From the NCBI GenBank assembly GCA_030704615.1, contig CM060731.1, forward strand, positions 89,280,001 to 89,344,000: DNA of 64,000 nt. Reading direction: 5' to 3'. The notes under the pieces were generated by a model. The model saw nothing but the letters and a program-made list of their open reading frames with translations. It did not search any database and was not told the DNA's origin. The stretch's first letter is position 1; each line of letters opens with the position of its first letter. Both the position numbers and the translations under genes were made by a program. The DNA is from Takakia lepidozioides (taxonomy: Eukaryota > Plantae > Bryophyta). Positions 1-12,600 of the stretch are shown here, one piece after another.

Positions 1-266
1 TTGTCTTCAGGAGGCAACAACATGGCTGGCCTCATTGGTGCAGTCCAGTGGGGTTGCCAATGAGGGAGAGCACGTGGTGATCATGAAGGACCCGAACACC
101 AAAGGTAAGAAGAAGCGGCCTCGACCTCCCGAGGTCCCTTTTACCATCAATGAAGGGGCTGCCGAGGAGAGAGAGAGAGAAGGGAGAGGGAGAAGGAGAT
201 GGTCGTGGAAAAGGGGAAGGAAAAGAAGAAGAGGAAGAAGAAGTCCCATGGAGAGGAATGGGGTGA

Positions 267-660
267 GTGCAGGGGAAGGAGGCTACAAAGAAGGGAGAGG
301 GTGGGAAGAAGAACACATCCTTGGCGATAGAGGACGTGGAGTTGGCAAAGATCGTGGTGCCACCGGTGGAGGTGCATCGCCATAGTGACCCCTACGGTGC
401 GTTCTGGGAGGCTATGAAGAAGCCAGCCTTCGAACTTGCAATGAGGTGGTTCCTTTTGCACATTGAGTGGGCTGATCAGCACTTTGGCGCGAAGCGGGCG
501 TATGCCCGTGAGTTAGACCGCCGGTTTCCGGGCAATTGGAATGACACAAGGGTGATGAAGATAGTGGGGCGAAATTTGAAGGACAGGAGGTACCGTGCCG
601 GACAGATCATTCGGAGGGCAATGGAAAATGGGGCCATACCCAAACCACCTTATGGAATTA
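267..660 (+). pseudogene. ORF fragment interrupted by MULE-A; possibly CACTA/En-Spm accessory (TnpA-like) protein
   Basis: ORF 267..701 reads ...ELDRRFPGNWNDTRVMKIVGRNLKDRRYR...KPPYGIT up to the MULE-A TSD and resumes after 6924 (GGA ATT ACA CAG, then GT). The family call rests only on my recognition of the pattern. Confidence 0.3.
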
Positions 661-879
661 CAGGGATGCCTCGGCGTGAGCCTGGTCACGTGAGCGCGTG
701 AGCGCAACTGCGCTCACGCCACGTCACCTTGCGCAAATGCCACGTCACGGGGCTCACTCCACGTCATCACACGTGAAGGTCGCGTCACCACGCACCCAGA
801 AAGAAGTGGAGTGTATTCCCGCGAATTGGCACCCTTTACCGCGGAAACAAGCTGGACGACATAATAAAAGGCATTGAAT

Positions 880-1230
880 AAAGGATGGATGAATGTACAG
901 ATGGATGATAAACAAATGGATGAGTGTGAAAAATGAATGTAGATGGATGAATGAGGGATGGATAAGAGTAAAATGGATGAATGTATAATGGATGTTGAGC
1001 AATGACAAAAATTCATGACAGGAAGATGCATGACCAAAACTTTTGACGAATGCACAACGTATATGAAATGAGTGTGGAAGGTTTGTGGGGTGGATTAAAG
1101 AGTACAGAGGATGAATGTACAATGGATGTTGAACAAAGGAAAAAATTCATGAATGGAGCACGCATGAATACAGTGTAGATGAATGCACAATGGATATGAG
1201 AAGAGTCAGGGAGGTTTGTGAGATGGATTC
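880..1230. repeat. GGATGAA-rich low-complexity region with an imperfect internal duplication
   Basis: Many ggatg/ggatgaatg units. The block ggatgaatgta..aatggatgttga..aaaattcatga..atgaatgcacaa..ggtttgtg occurs twice (~975-1090 and ~1109-1222). Confidence 0.6.
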
Positions 1231-1389
1231 ATACATATTGCAATTTAAATGAAAGTTGATTCTGTGATTATTATTTGTTCTAAAAGAACAACTACGGTGG
1301 AGGAAGGGGATTCAACGTTTTCCAGATAGTATGAAAATGAATATTAAAAGAATACAGTTCAGTCTGACTCAGAGTCAGTACAATGTATC

Positions 1390-3561
1390 CCCGCTTCCTC
1401 TGCATCTAAGTCTAAGTATTTTAGAACACCGGATCCACGCTGGATACACCTACGGCTGGCCACTTAAAAAGTCAGGGGATAGGGACTCGGCCGCGTGAAG
1501 TGTCATTGCTTCGGCATAAACATGAAGCAGAAAATTGGAAAGGGGGCTGTCGAAAACAGACTCGCCAGAAATGACTGTATCTCCTGAAGATCCACCGCTG
1601 CCTTTCCTGAAAGACAGCCTGAAAAAGTTATTACTGTAACTTTGATGTTATTGAGAAATTGAGTATGGCTCCCAAAGAGGGTTTAGCACTTACTCACATG
1701 AAAAGTCGTTGTCGACCTGCTTATCTTCGGGATCGTCATCATTTTGAATTTGAATCCGATCAGTCTGTGTGCCTGAAGTGGAGCCAGACAAAGGGGGAGG
1801 AGCACTATGTTGTAGAGGTCAGAATCACTCTCCATGCCAAAAAGGCTTCTTCCGCCTGCCTTGCATGCATGGTAAGTTGCTCCTGCACCAGACAGGAGAA
1901 CATGAACAGTTTGGAGGGGGGGATTTAAGCAGATGAAACTGTTGAAAGAAATCCAATTCGGAAGGGAAAAAACGAACCTGTGGACACAGAAAGATCGACC
2001 ACCCGTGCAGAGCGGTGGCTGCATGACTCCAACAGTATTTGCATGAACGCTGGGGACTTTTCCTTTGCACCTCTCCAGGGAGTGCCATCTGGTCTCTTCA
2101 GAGTCTGACTGGACTACATGAAGTTGTACAAAATGTCATCGACATGGGGCTCATAGGGGGGGTTGACGAAACAACCCTGGTCAGAAATCTCAAAGCTGCG
2201 GATGGAGGATGGTGTCTTTGAGGTGCGAATCCTCCGCAGGCAGATCGCCTCGAACATCCTCGTCTGCCAAAGATAGCAGGTTAGTGTGGTAAACACAATC
2301 AATGTGGAAGTGTGTACATCGGCTATTCAGAACTCAGACACAAAAAAATCATGAATCGGTGATGATCGGTGTCGATCATAACACATTCTACTAGAGTGGA
2401 GCTACAGAGAACATTGAAACTCATGATGAAAGCACAAGCAGAAGGGAGACGGCATACTAGCTGACCAGGGAAACCCCCTTTCACAAGGTAGAGGCTGTTC
2501 ACACAATTCCATGTGCGCAAAACTTCAAACCCTGAAGACTTGAGGTATGATGCCAATGCCCGACGACTATCATTTTCACATGACTGAAAAAGCAGAAGTG
2601 TCCCTGCATCAGAGAGGAAGTTGTTACAGAACCCGAACACCCAACTCCAGTAGTTGTCCTCGAATTTGTTCCAGCTTGGCGTCTTGCCCTTTGGAAGAAC
2701 TTCTGGCACAGCCTGGCCATCCGGGATGTCGAGAATGACAATGTCGGCCGCATAAGTTTTCTGCACACCGCACACGAAGGTGGGACCTGTGCTCACCTGC
2801 AACATACATGTTTTTTATAAGAACGATGGCAAGAATGTTTTCAAAGAACGAGACTGAAATACTGCCAACGAAACTTTCAGAGAAAAAGGAAAGAAACTGG
2901 AATTCTCACCAGATTGAGGAATGAGATTATATTGTCCCAGGTAGGGGATGGCACCCCAGTGTATCCTCTCTTTCGACTCTGCATCATCGAAAGCCAACCC
3001 TCATTAACAATTTTCATCTCTCCTGCTGAATCAGAACGGGAAGGGTGTGGCTTGGCATCGAACACGCACTGAAGAGTGCGGGTATATCTTCCAGCAGTAA
3101 AGTCCTGCCCACTCTCCATCTCCTTTTCATTCTCCTTCCCTTTGTCCTTTTCCTTCTCTTTGGACTTGTCTTTGTCCTTTGGCTTTGTTGGTGAGATGGC
3201 TATGACATCAACAGCCTTGTCTTTTGGTTTGCGGCCCGCATTCTTTCCCTTCTGCGGCGTTCCCTGAGCATCAGGCTCCTTGGCAGCCAATGTTGCTATG
3301 TTTCGTTGGTACTCTTCGTCAGTCAAAGGCGCCAGCATCTCAGCGTTATTGTTCAAGTATTTTATATGCTGTTCTTGAAAGGTCGTGTGCTCCGGTGGGC
3401 AGTCAAGGTACCACCCACAATCTCTGAAGTGAGAAGGACTCCAGTCCTTCAATATCCCTGCAGTATACATGGTTGGATCGTTTGCAGGGTCCGACCACAT
3501 GTCAAGATATTCTGGAATTCCGCTCAGGTGATTTCCTTCCATAAGCACATATTTCGTGTAC
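1390..3561 (-). pseudogene. Spliced beta-class N6-adenine/N4-cytosine DNA methyltransferase-like gene (N6_N4_Mtase type), copy A
   Basis: Exons 3561-2910, 2796-2458, 2263-1978 and 1882-~1750 with GT-AG introns. Translation gives motif IV-like DIVILDIPDG (2730-2716), ..NNFLSDAGTLLLF.., then EKSPAFMQILLESCSHRSARVVDLSVSTG|ATYHACKAGGRSLFGMESDSDLY (motifs X-I-II). In-frame TAG at 2114-2116. The 3' end (~1390) is approximate. Confidence 0.8.
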
Positions 3562-3701
3562 CTGAAAAAAGGAGATAAATCCCAACCCACAAAAGCGCTC
3601 AGTGAATAAGATGCAAGTAGAACAGAATGAAAAAAACATAGATTGAAATGGCTCTGAGAACTGCTCCAAGGACCTTTCTGGACCACACGACTGCTCCAGA
3701 T

Positions 3702-4099
3702 GTGAATGTCGTCAACGCCATTCAAAACATTCCATTCAATGATACTGTAAATACACCCTAATCCAGGTGAATGCAAACTATCGTTTTGGAATGACACAGA
3801 CATGGAAGTGAATGTCGTCAACGACATTCACTAATGAAGCCTAATTATTCCTCAAATGAAGCAAAATCACAGGATGGAAATCATAAACTCGAGTAAGGAA
3901 CCCTCCAGGAAAACTCAATGCACATTCATAACGAACATATCACTGAGGACCTCACAACATCACTGTATGTGAATGGCGTCAACGCCATTCACAAAAATAC
4001 CAAAAAGAAACCAATTACTTAGCTCCCAATCCATGTAAATTCAAATTGTCGCTGTTGAATAATACAGACACAGAAGTGAATGTCGTCAACGACATTCAC
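3702..4099. repeat. Four dispersed 24-bp palindromes GTGAATGTCGT-CA-ACGACATTCAC
   Basis: Copies start at 3702, 3808, 3969 and 4076, between the divergent MTase-like and transposase genes. Confidence 0.9.
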
Positions 4100-4159
4100 T
4101 TTGGATTTCTCATAACAGAGCTTATCAAGCCTCCAGATTCCTCGCAAGAGGCAAAAACG

Positions 4160-6272
4160 GGAGAAACCCATCCGCAACAACATCTGCAATTGCTCTTGGC
4201 GCAAGCAAGTCCTTCTTGGAAAGCCATATTTTGAGTGAAGGGGATTCTGTGGGGACTAAACTTGACGGTGCAGCATTGGACCTGGTCATGGATCATTTCT
4301 CCACTTTAAGTTCACCTAACATTCGGCATCAGATCAATGCATTGAGAATAGGCTCTGGGATCAGAGGCTACATAGACAATATTTTGGAATTGAAACGAGT
4401 GAGCAAGTACGATTACATCCAGGACAATGTATTCCCAGGTCAAGGTGCCATCAAAGTTTTTCTTTTCAAAATGTCGACTGTTGGGGAGGGCAGTGGGGTT
4501 AGCCTCGTGAAGCGGATGCAGAAGACTGGGGACTTGCAGAACTGTTTTCTTATGTTTGATCATGTGAAACGAGTGAAGGATTGGACGACAATGGCTTGTC
4601 ATGTCACACAATCTCTGGAAAAACATACAAAGTCGGACATCAAACCAGAGATGCAGACTCAGCACCGTAAATTGTGCAAAGAGTACAAAGATGCTAAAAC
4701 AATGAAGGAGGCGGACACTTTGTTCCAGACAATTCGTGCCTGATGGTTCTCTTCTGGAGCTGCATCACTTGAGAGTATGGGAGCATTGGAAGATTGGCGG
4801 GCGTTTTGGCACTTCCGGTATAGACAGTGGGGAGCAGCCATGACAATGATACGAGGCTTCTATTTCATGCTTTATTCATACATTTGTTTTCCATATTTTT
4901 GACTCATTGCTTTCTTTATGTTGTTTCCTGTGCACTGTTCTGAAGTGTGGTTATCCTCTTTGCAGAACATGTCCATTGATGAAATGGCGGACATGCCATC
5001 TTGCAATTTGGCAGAAACTGTGCACAACGCATAGTTGCAGCAGTCTAGGAAACGAGGTCGGGATTTGTATGTGGCAACAACAGATGATTTGATACGTGCC
5101 TTGCAACAACAAACCCAATACCGTGATTTCTTACGAGGTGGGGTTGGTGGCAAGGGTCCGGACAAATGGGAGTTGATGTTGCGTGCTGCAAACAGATCTG
5201 GGGATCCAATCAAGATAGCACGGGCGGTGAGCATGTATGCCCAGGGAACGCCACTTGTTTCTAGAGTTCCACATCTTGAAGGGGAGGAGAGATTCGGCTC
5301 CTGTAAGAGGAAATTGAACACTCCACCTGGTTCGGATTCAGATTCCCACAGGGCAGACCGTGATAACTTCTCGAAGCCTCGTGTTCCCCTGCATGACAGC
5401 TCCATGTCCGGAACCTCCATTGTGGAGGAACCTCCAACACGACGGCAAGCTCCAGCATCAAACAGTGCCACTGAAATGGTGTAGGAGAGAAACAACCCCC
5501 TTGATGTGCTTGAGTCCGCATGCCCCGACCACGTTTGGCACATAGAACGCACAAGTGTAGGGTCTCGTGTGAAATGTACAACGATCAGGGCAACTAATTT
5601 TGAGAAGTGCACTTCATCTATATCCAGAGGTGGTGCCCAAACTCCTGCTCCGACTTTCACGGGCTTGATGCGTCCATACGGTCAACCAGAAGCCAAGAAC
5701 CACAAGTTCTGGTTCTGCGCAGATGATTGTGCCAGATGTGTGCATGGAACTGTGCGTCTTTCCGTAGTGATGAAGCCATCTCCTCCAACCGTTTGGCCCG
5801 TGAAGGTGGGAACACATCTCAGCTTTCAGGAGATTGAAATGCTGGAGGAGGCAGGTTTTTCCCTTGCGAGACAACCCCAACTCCATGCATGTGCTACTAC
5901 TTCTGCGTCCTTCCGGGTCCCCCCGGCAAATCCTGACTTGTGGCCAACCAAACGAGTGTTGGAAGCACCACGGAAGTACCCGATCCAAGATATGGTCGGG
6001 TATTCACAATCATCACTTCCACATCTGCTGTTCATGACAGGACCTACGACATCACGGTTTCCAATTTCCCCAATTGCACATGTCCTGATTTTGTGAATAT
6101 GCTATCAACCAGTTTGGGCAAGAGAGGTAAATTCATACCCTGCAAACATTTGTATTTCATATTTTTGAGGAGGATGGTTTGCGATCCCAAACGTGACAAC
6201 TTCATTCACCAGGCCACTATGAGTTTCAACGAGGTCGATACTCTTTTGCAGCGGGATACAACACATGGGTAG
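4160..6272 (+). pseudogene. MULE transposase remnant with C-terminal SWIM zinc finger (copy A)
   Basis: LMFDHVKR (first catalytic D), NLAETVHN (catalytic E), SWIM CTCPDF..PCKHL. The N-terminal zinc domain and the FMAD..CxxH segment are deleted (TMACHV joins directly to TQSL). Stops at 4741, 5032 and 5482; probable intron ending at 4965. Confidence 0.88.
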
Positions 6273-9200
6273 CATGAACTATGTAATGTGGAATGTGGAT
6301 GACCATGATTTGAAATGTGTAATTCACATCAATTCGTTGACTGTGCAATGATATGGCCTCCAACTATACGGAGTGAGCTCTGAGTGACAACTTTTAGGTA
6401 GTGCACATTTGTCATTGCACCGTTCGAAGTCTACATGTCTTGCTGTCGCTATGCACTACAATCATCTTTTGAAGATGATCCTAACTCTCATTGTTATTTG
6501 AGGAGGGAGGGAGGTCTTCCCGTGGCAGCCTTTATGGCGCACACTTTGTGAGGATATTTTGTCGTCCTCGTAATTGTAAAAGTGAAACAAGCATTTGTAA
6601 TTGCACAATGTTGGATGCTGCAATTGTAGGCCTCAACGCTCGTCTTGATTATATTTAGGCAAGATTCCCTGCATTAATTCCACGGTCATAGGACCATCCA
6701 CGGTTATAGGCGGCGCATGTTAATGCTGACGTGGCAGATGACGGATAGTGCCACGTCATCATTTACCGCCACATCAGCATGCTGACATGACGCTCACGCC
6801 ACGTCAACGTGTGTGCAGGCTCACGCCACGTCAGCTGGCGTGAGCGTACGCTCACACCACGTCACTCCTGCGTGAGCGTACGCTCACGCGCAACGCTCAC
6901 GCCATTGCGTCGTTGATGGAATTACACAGGTCGGCAAATCTTGAATCTTTTCACCTTCCATTTGTCGCATGTACATAACAAAATACATAGGAAAAATATG
7001 ACTTATAAATCGCAAGATAAAACCCTTGGATCCGTCGGCGCCCCACTTGTGTGTGGATTTGTGCTTGTCAAGGCAGACTATTGTTGCTTCGCGTGCCCGC
7101 TCAAATTTGGCTTTGTTTGCCGTATCATTCTCTCCCGCAATGAGTGCATCCCACGATACCTATGCACCCCCCCCCCCCTCCCCCAACAATTAGTGAATTA
7201 CACACATACGTTGTGTCGTGCACCTCACTTTGGTAAGCTCCCTTTCAAGTCATAGTTACTCGCTTTGATGCGCGCGCCTAACTCCCAAACTGGCCGTCGG
7301 GCTAACTCGGAGCTTCGGCTGCTCACCGGGACATAACGGTCCCCCTTTACTCCCCCACAAGACCCTCGGTCAATTTGGGCCTAGTGGAAATTCCCTTTGG
7401 TTGTTGGCAGTTCGGAACAGCTCCCCACACCTTGGTCGCTTTCCAGCTCGCATGCTTACTCACTAGTTTTTGGTCACCAACAGGCTTGTACCGTTCTCGG
7501 GGTTACTACTCCCTATAATGTAAAGTTAGCTAGGAAATAGCTAGCTTTTATATATTGACATTTGGGATTGACCCAAGTATCAATCCAGGGGCCAATACAT
7601 GTTTGGGCACCTGACGTTGTTATCTTCACAGCAGATCGCGGTGGGCTCATCTTTCTCGAGTTGAGCCTCACCGCGTCTAGCAATAGCGCCGTAGTGTGGA
7701 TCCCCCATGGCGTGGGGTGCACTTGGCTCGACTTAATATATTAGTGATGTTTTCATGTGCAAGTATGTGAGTTTGAGAGAGCTTGTGTGCTTGTATCATT
7801 TCCTTATCACTCGAGAAAGATCAGCTCGAGTCTGTGAGTGTCAGGTTCGAGTTAGTTGTAGCACTTGTGTTTTCAGATCATGAAAAGCGGTTCAGCCTAG
7901 AGTGCAGGGATCCGTGCATGAGCCTATCCAAAGCGGATAGAGTGCAAAGGCGAACAGGTTGCAGGTTTGCCATGGGATAGAGAGGCGGGTAGCCCATGTT
8001 GAAGAGCGGTGTTGCATAGCTCGACGCTATGGCAACCAAGTTTGGGCTTCTAGTGTGAAGCGAAGGAGATGTTGGCCACGAGTGGGCAAACTGGTGGTCG
8101 TCTTCTTCAGTTGCAGGCCGAATTAAGGAGCTGCAGGAATGTGAGCTACGCATGGGAAGCTAGCATGTTGCAGATTAGAGATGATATGATCAGCTCCAGG
8201 TATTTCTGCCCGAAACTAGTTGTTGCGGGTAGATAAGGAGCAGCCGAATGGTGGAGCTGCGAGGGGATGCATCGCAGCCCGTTGGGAGCTTCAGCTCCAA
8301 GCTCTTGAAGAGGTATGAGTGAAGAGAGGGGGCTGGTCCCTCTTGTGTGCAAATCAGTGCACTTGTGAAGCATGTACTGAGTTGGAGTTTCAATCTGAAA
8401 CTCAGCCGTGTAAGGGCTCTTGGAGTGGCAAGAGCGGGGCTGGAAGGGCAGCAACGAGGCGTCCTAGAGCCAAGGGAGATGCATGAGAAGTGCAGGTGTA
8501 CCAAGCTTGTAAAGGTGTGTATTTTCAGATTTGTTTTTGTAAGCTTCATGGAGAAAATGGAGCTTGTTGGGCAGCATATGGCTTGCTTGTTGAGCTAAGG
8601 GTGCTTCTAGTGGGCCGTGAGAGCTCAGGAGTGTAGGGCGACGGGGCTTATGGCTCCGCAGAAGCCATAGCTCGCCGGCAGCAGGTGCAGGAGCAAACCC
8701 CAGCTCAGGAAGAGCTCGGGAACGCGTGGGAATGCCCAGGAACGTATGAGAACTTGTTGGGAGTTCCAGGGAACGCAGGGAATAGTGGTCGTGATGGGCC
8801 GTTGGGGCGGTATCACGAGATACCACGAGCCCAGGTCGTGATGGTTGACCGTGACCGTTGGAAGTCGTGGTGCGAACACAACGGGTGGGCACGGTGACCA
8901 GATCGTGAGGATGGCGGGCCGTGAAGGCTCGTGGGAGTGGTACCACGGGGTATCACTGGGCAGCCCCTGGCCAACGACCGCCTAGGGCGGGCCGTGAGGA
9001 GTAGTGGCGGTTGGAGCCACGGAAGGCCGCGAACAGTTAAAGTGAAAAAAATAAAAATAAAATAATAAAAAAAATAAAATTCATGAGCTCATGGAGGGCG
9101 GTTTGAGGAGTGTCTACAGGATGCTCTCACGGTCATGCAAGTGAGAGAAGAGAGGAAAAAAGAGGGTGTTGGGACGAGAGCGTGATGGGGATAGGCATTG

Positions 9201-9692
9201 CTTTAGCTTCCCTTCCTCGTAGCTTTCCACCTTCTCTGTAGGCCGAGACCTTTCCGTAGGTGGAGGCAAGAGTCACTCCGGGTTTGGGCTGGGTTGCAGG
9301 AGCGACACTGTGGAGAGATTTTTGGTGTGGGGAGTTGTTGTTTTCATTCTTGTGTTTGGATCCCCTCCACACCTGCATGCTTGATTGTGCGCCATGCTAG
9401 TTTTGTGTGGGCGCTTGATTTTATAGGTGGTGGACTCGGGCTTTATCGCCGATCCCACCCTAGAGCATGCTGTCGATGGTGAGGCTGGGTTGATGACCAG
9501 TCAGACCATCTTTGTTTCTCCTGTGGTGAGGTTGGAGGTGATGACCAGCCCACCATAGGAGTACCTGCGGTGGATGTAGGTGCAGGTGCAGGCTATGTTA
9601 GGAACCTAGTATTCCAAATCCATAAGCCGTATCAGGTTCTCTACCCGGTTACCTTGTGGAGAGGGGGTTAGAGACAGTTCATGACCGGTTGA

Positions 9693-12600
9693 GTGCCAGT
9701 TTGTCAACACGGAGGTGCCACTAGTTGCTGGGAAAGTGCCGGTACGAGCACTAGCGATACTAGCAGGTATACGAGACGAGGTGTGCGGTTTAGGCCACCT
9801 TCACCTCCTGTGTCTTCTACGGAAGGTTCTGATTCGGATTGGGAATCAGGAAGACTCACACCGGCGGTGCAAGTTGTTTCCTTGCCATTGTTGTGGGACA
9901 CGATGGAGGAGATGTATGGAGCAAGTTGTTTCCTTGCCATTGTTGTGGGACACGATGGAGGAGATGTATGGAGCCACCAAGGGGCCACGAAGGTACTCTG
10001 GGGCGGTGGGCACCATTGAGTTGGATGATTTTATCCAAGAGTTTGATAGTTGGTATGCGATGCGCAATCCCCAATTGTGTTACACCTTTCATGGCATGGA
10101 AGGGGCTGTTTCAGCACTTTGAAGGGCCCCGCCCATGGACAATTAACCATGAGTTTAGGCGTGGGCACAATGGTGAGATCGAGGAGTGGAACAATGTACT
10201 GGTCACCACCGACTATGTCTCCATCACTATAGGCACTCAGATCTCACCAGGGTCAGCAGCCACCAGACCCCTGCATCTGCACCATCAACGCAGCAGCTAC
10301 AAACACAGCTTCCACGAGCAGTAGTGAGACTAGTGGTACACAACTACGACGTCCACCCGCTATTACTGCACCAGCAACCAGTGGCGGTGCTTGCCTTCAA
10401 CCCTGTTGTGGAGTTCTTTGACGATTGAGAAGGAACTACCAAGGGGTGTAGGACCAGAAGTTGAGGAGCTTGCAAGAGTTCCAACGGAAGCCTACTAAGA
10501 GCTTGAGGGAGGCTTTCACTCGCATGAGGCGCTTGATTAATTTAACCCAAGGGGTTACGGAGGCTCAGCAGTCCAGTTCTGGTACGGGATATTGGACAGG
10601 AGCTGAGGAGAAGGGTGCGGGATGCAACTCTCCTACAAGCGCCCAACCCACCTTAGCAAATGTGTTTTTCTGGTTAGAGCGGATAGAGCTCAACAGGTGG
10701 AGGAACGAGTGGTCTGGTGGGATTTGCTAAGGAGGCACCACGGGGTCAGTGGGTGCGCCTAGCCAGCCACTACCCCTCACGTGCTCAAGGGGGCTCAAGT
10801 GAGCCCATGAAGGGCAGAGAGGACCTCAGATGCAGGGGTCTCTCCCTTCATTTGCTGGCCAACAACGGGCGGATGTGGTGTGCTGGACATGTGGAGGACC
10901 CCATGTCAAGAAGGATTGCCCAGAGGGAGGCAATGATTTGGCACGGCACGGCCGGTGCACAGGTGCAGTGTGGACATTGTGGCAGGTAACGGCATGGAGA
11001 GGCCCAGTGCTATGTTTGCACCCTGAGTTGCGGCCCAGGCAGTCCAAGGGAACAATGGGTGGCGGGGGGAGGGTGGAGCAGCCCAGAGAGGACGAGGTGC
11101 CAGGCACGAGGTGCAGGCAAGGGCAGGCTCAACATGGCCAAGGACAACGGAGGTCAGCGTGGTGGTGACCACGGCATGGCCAACCGGCTTCAGCAGCTAG
11201 AGCAGAGGCTCGATGCCATGGCCACACAACTCAGGTGGTACCGGCTCCAAGGCTGGATGGTCCCACCTCTGCTCCTGAGGGAGGAGACATGGGAGGCATG
11301 GGATTTATGTGCGGGGCAGCACTACCACTAGTGAGGGGTGTTACTACCACTATGGGTGGGCAAATCACTACCACTGGTGAGGGAAATGGCCACTACCACT
11401 ACCACTGGGGGTGGGACACCACTACGACTAGTGTCGGGCAGTACTACCACTACCACTATGTGCGGGGCAGGACTACCACTAGTGCAAGTGGAGTCAGCTG
11501 CGGCAGTGACTCGAGGAGCAGCACGAGTTCCTGAGCCACGCGGGTGCGGAGGTGGAGTTGGATCCACAGCGTGGGAGCAAGCCGTCAGGCCAGGCTTCCT
11601 CAGTCATTCACATTGGCGGAGACAGTGTCGACGCCGTCCATGGACACTAGTTCCTGCCCGACTGTTACCGAGGTGGAGGTTACTATGCCATTGGGGAGAG
11701 CTACACAGGCAACACCACCACCTAGTGTTGCCAAGGCTACGGCAGCTAGTGTGCTGCTGGGGGCGGCCACAGCTGTGTGCCAGGCTCCATTGTTCTCGGC
11801 TACCATGATTGCGACCCCGGGGGTAAGACCAGCTGAGGTATTCAGGCTAGCAGCGACACTCTGTGAGAAGGGGGAGGTTACTTCATTTTCTGTGGAGATA
11901 GTAGGAGGTGTAGTGCCGGAGGGATCCTCGGATGTGAGGGTCAAGACTGCCACGGCGGCGCCCTGGCAAGCTGTAGCTACCGGTGATAGAGCTGTCAACG
12001 AGGCCAACCATTGAGCGCGCCATGGTGACACCTGGAGTTGTCATGTTAGACAACCAGGATGGCATTTTTTTGTTTGAGTGGACCAGCAGGAAGGGGGGGT
12101 ATACCCGCCACTGGGGTGTTGTTGGACTCGGGAGCTCAGCCATTGATGTTGCGAAGAGCTGCTATTGCAGGCTGGGGCCTCACGGAGGCGGATATGGAGA
12201 AACCGCGCCCTTTCTAGATATAGACATCTCGGGGAGGATCAGAGCAGCTTGGGCATGACCACGGCGTGAGTTGGCTATCAGACTACAGCCGGAATCATCC
12301 TACAGATGGCTCGGGGTGTGAGAGCCAAGGCCATTGTGACAGACGCGGTCTCGTACGATTCATTGTTGGTGGGGCAGTGTTGTACCCATGGGCTTCACCT
12401 GGATTTTTGGGACGAGTCAGCTTCCTATAGGCTGGATGGCAGTCAGGAGAGGGCCGGCATGAGCAGCCCTTGTGACGTTCATATGAGGAGTTGCGGTTGC
12501 CCAGCGAGGCAAGATGCCAAACAGCAAAGCATGCATAGCTGCGTGACTTGGCCTGGAGGAGTTGTTGGATGACAAACTCATTCAAAGGATTTGTGTACCA

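Larger units (their letters stand above)
661..6915 (+). mobile_element. Mutator-like DNA transposon MULE-A (internally deleted) carrying an amino-methyltransferase-like gene
   Basis: 9-bp TSD ATGGAATTA at 652-660 and 6916-6924. 21-bp imperfect TIRs at 661-681 (CAGGGATGCCTCGGCGTGAGC) and 6895-6915 (rc CAACGACGCAATGGCGTGAGC, 15/21). Subterminal GTGAGC/GCTCAC repeats at both ends. MULE transposase and SWIM finger inside. Confidence 0.9.

Noticed and set aside
7214-7518. TGTCGTGCAC at 7214 resembles the reverse complement of the DNMT-gypsy 3' terminus
   Set aside because: Similarity does not extend beyond ~10 bp. It could be the end of another element but cannot be supported.
9869-9974. 52-bp tandem duplication in gag of copy 1
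   Set aside because: Absent from copy 2; simple slippage or assembly error.
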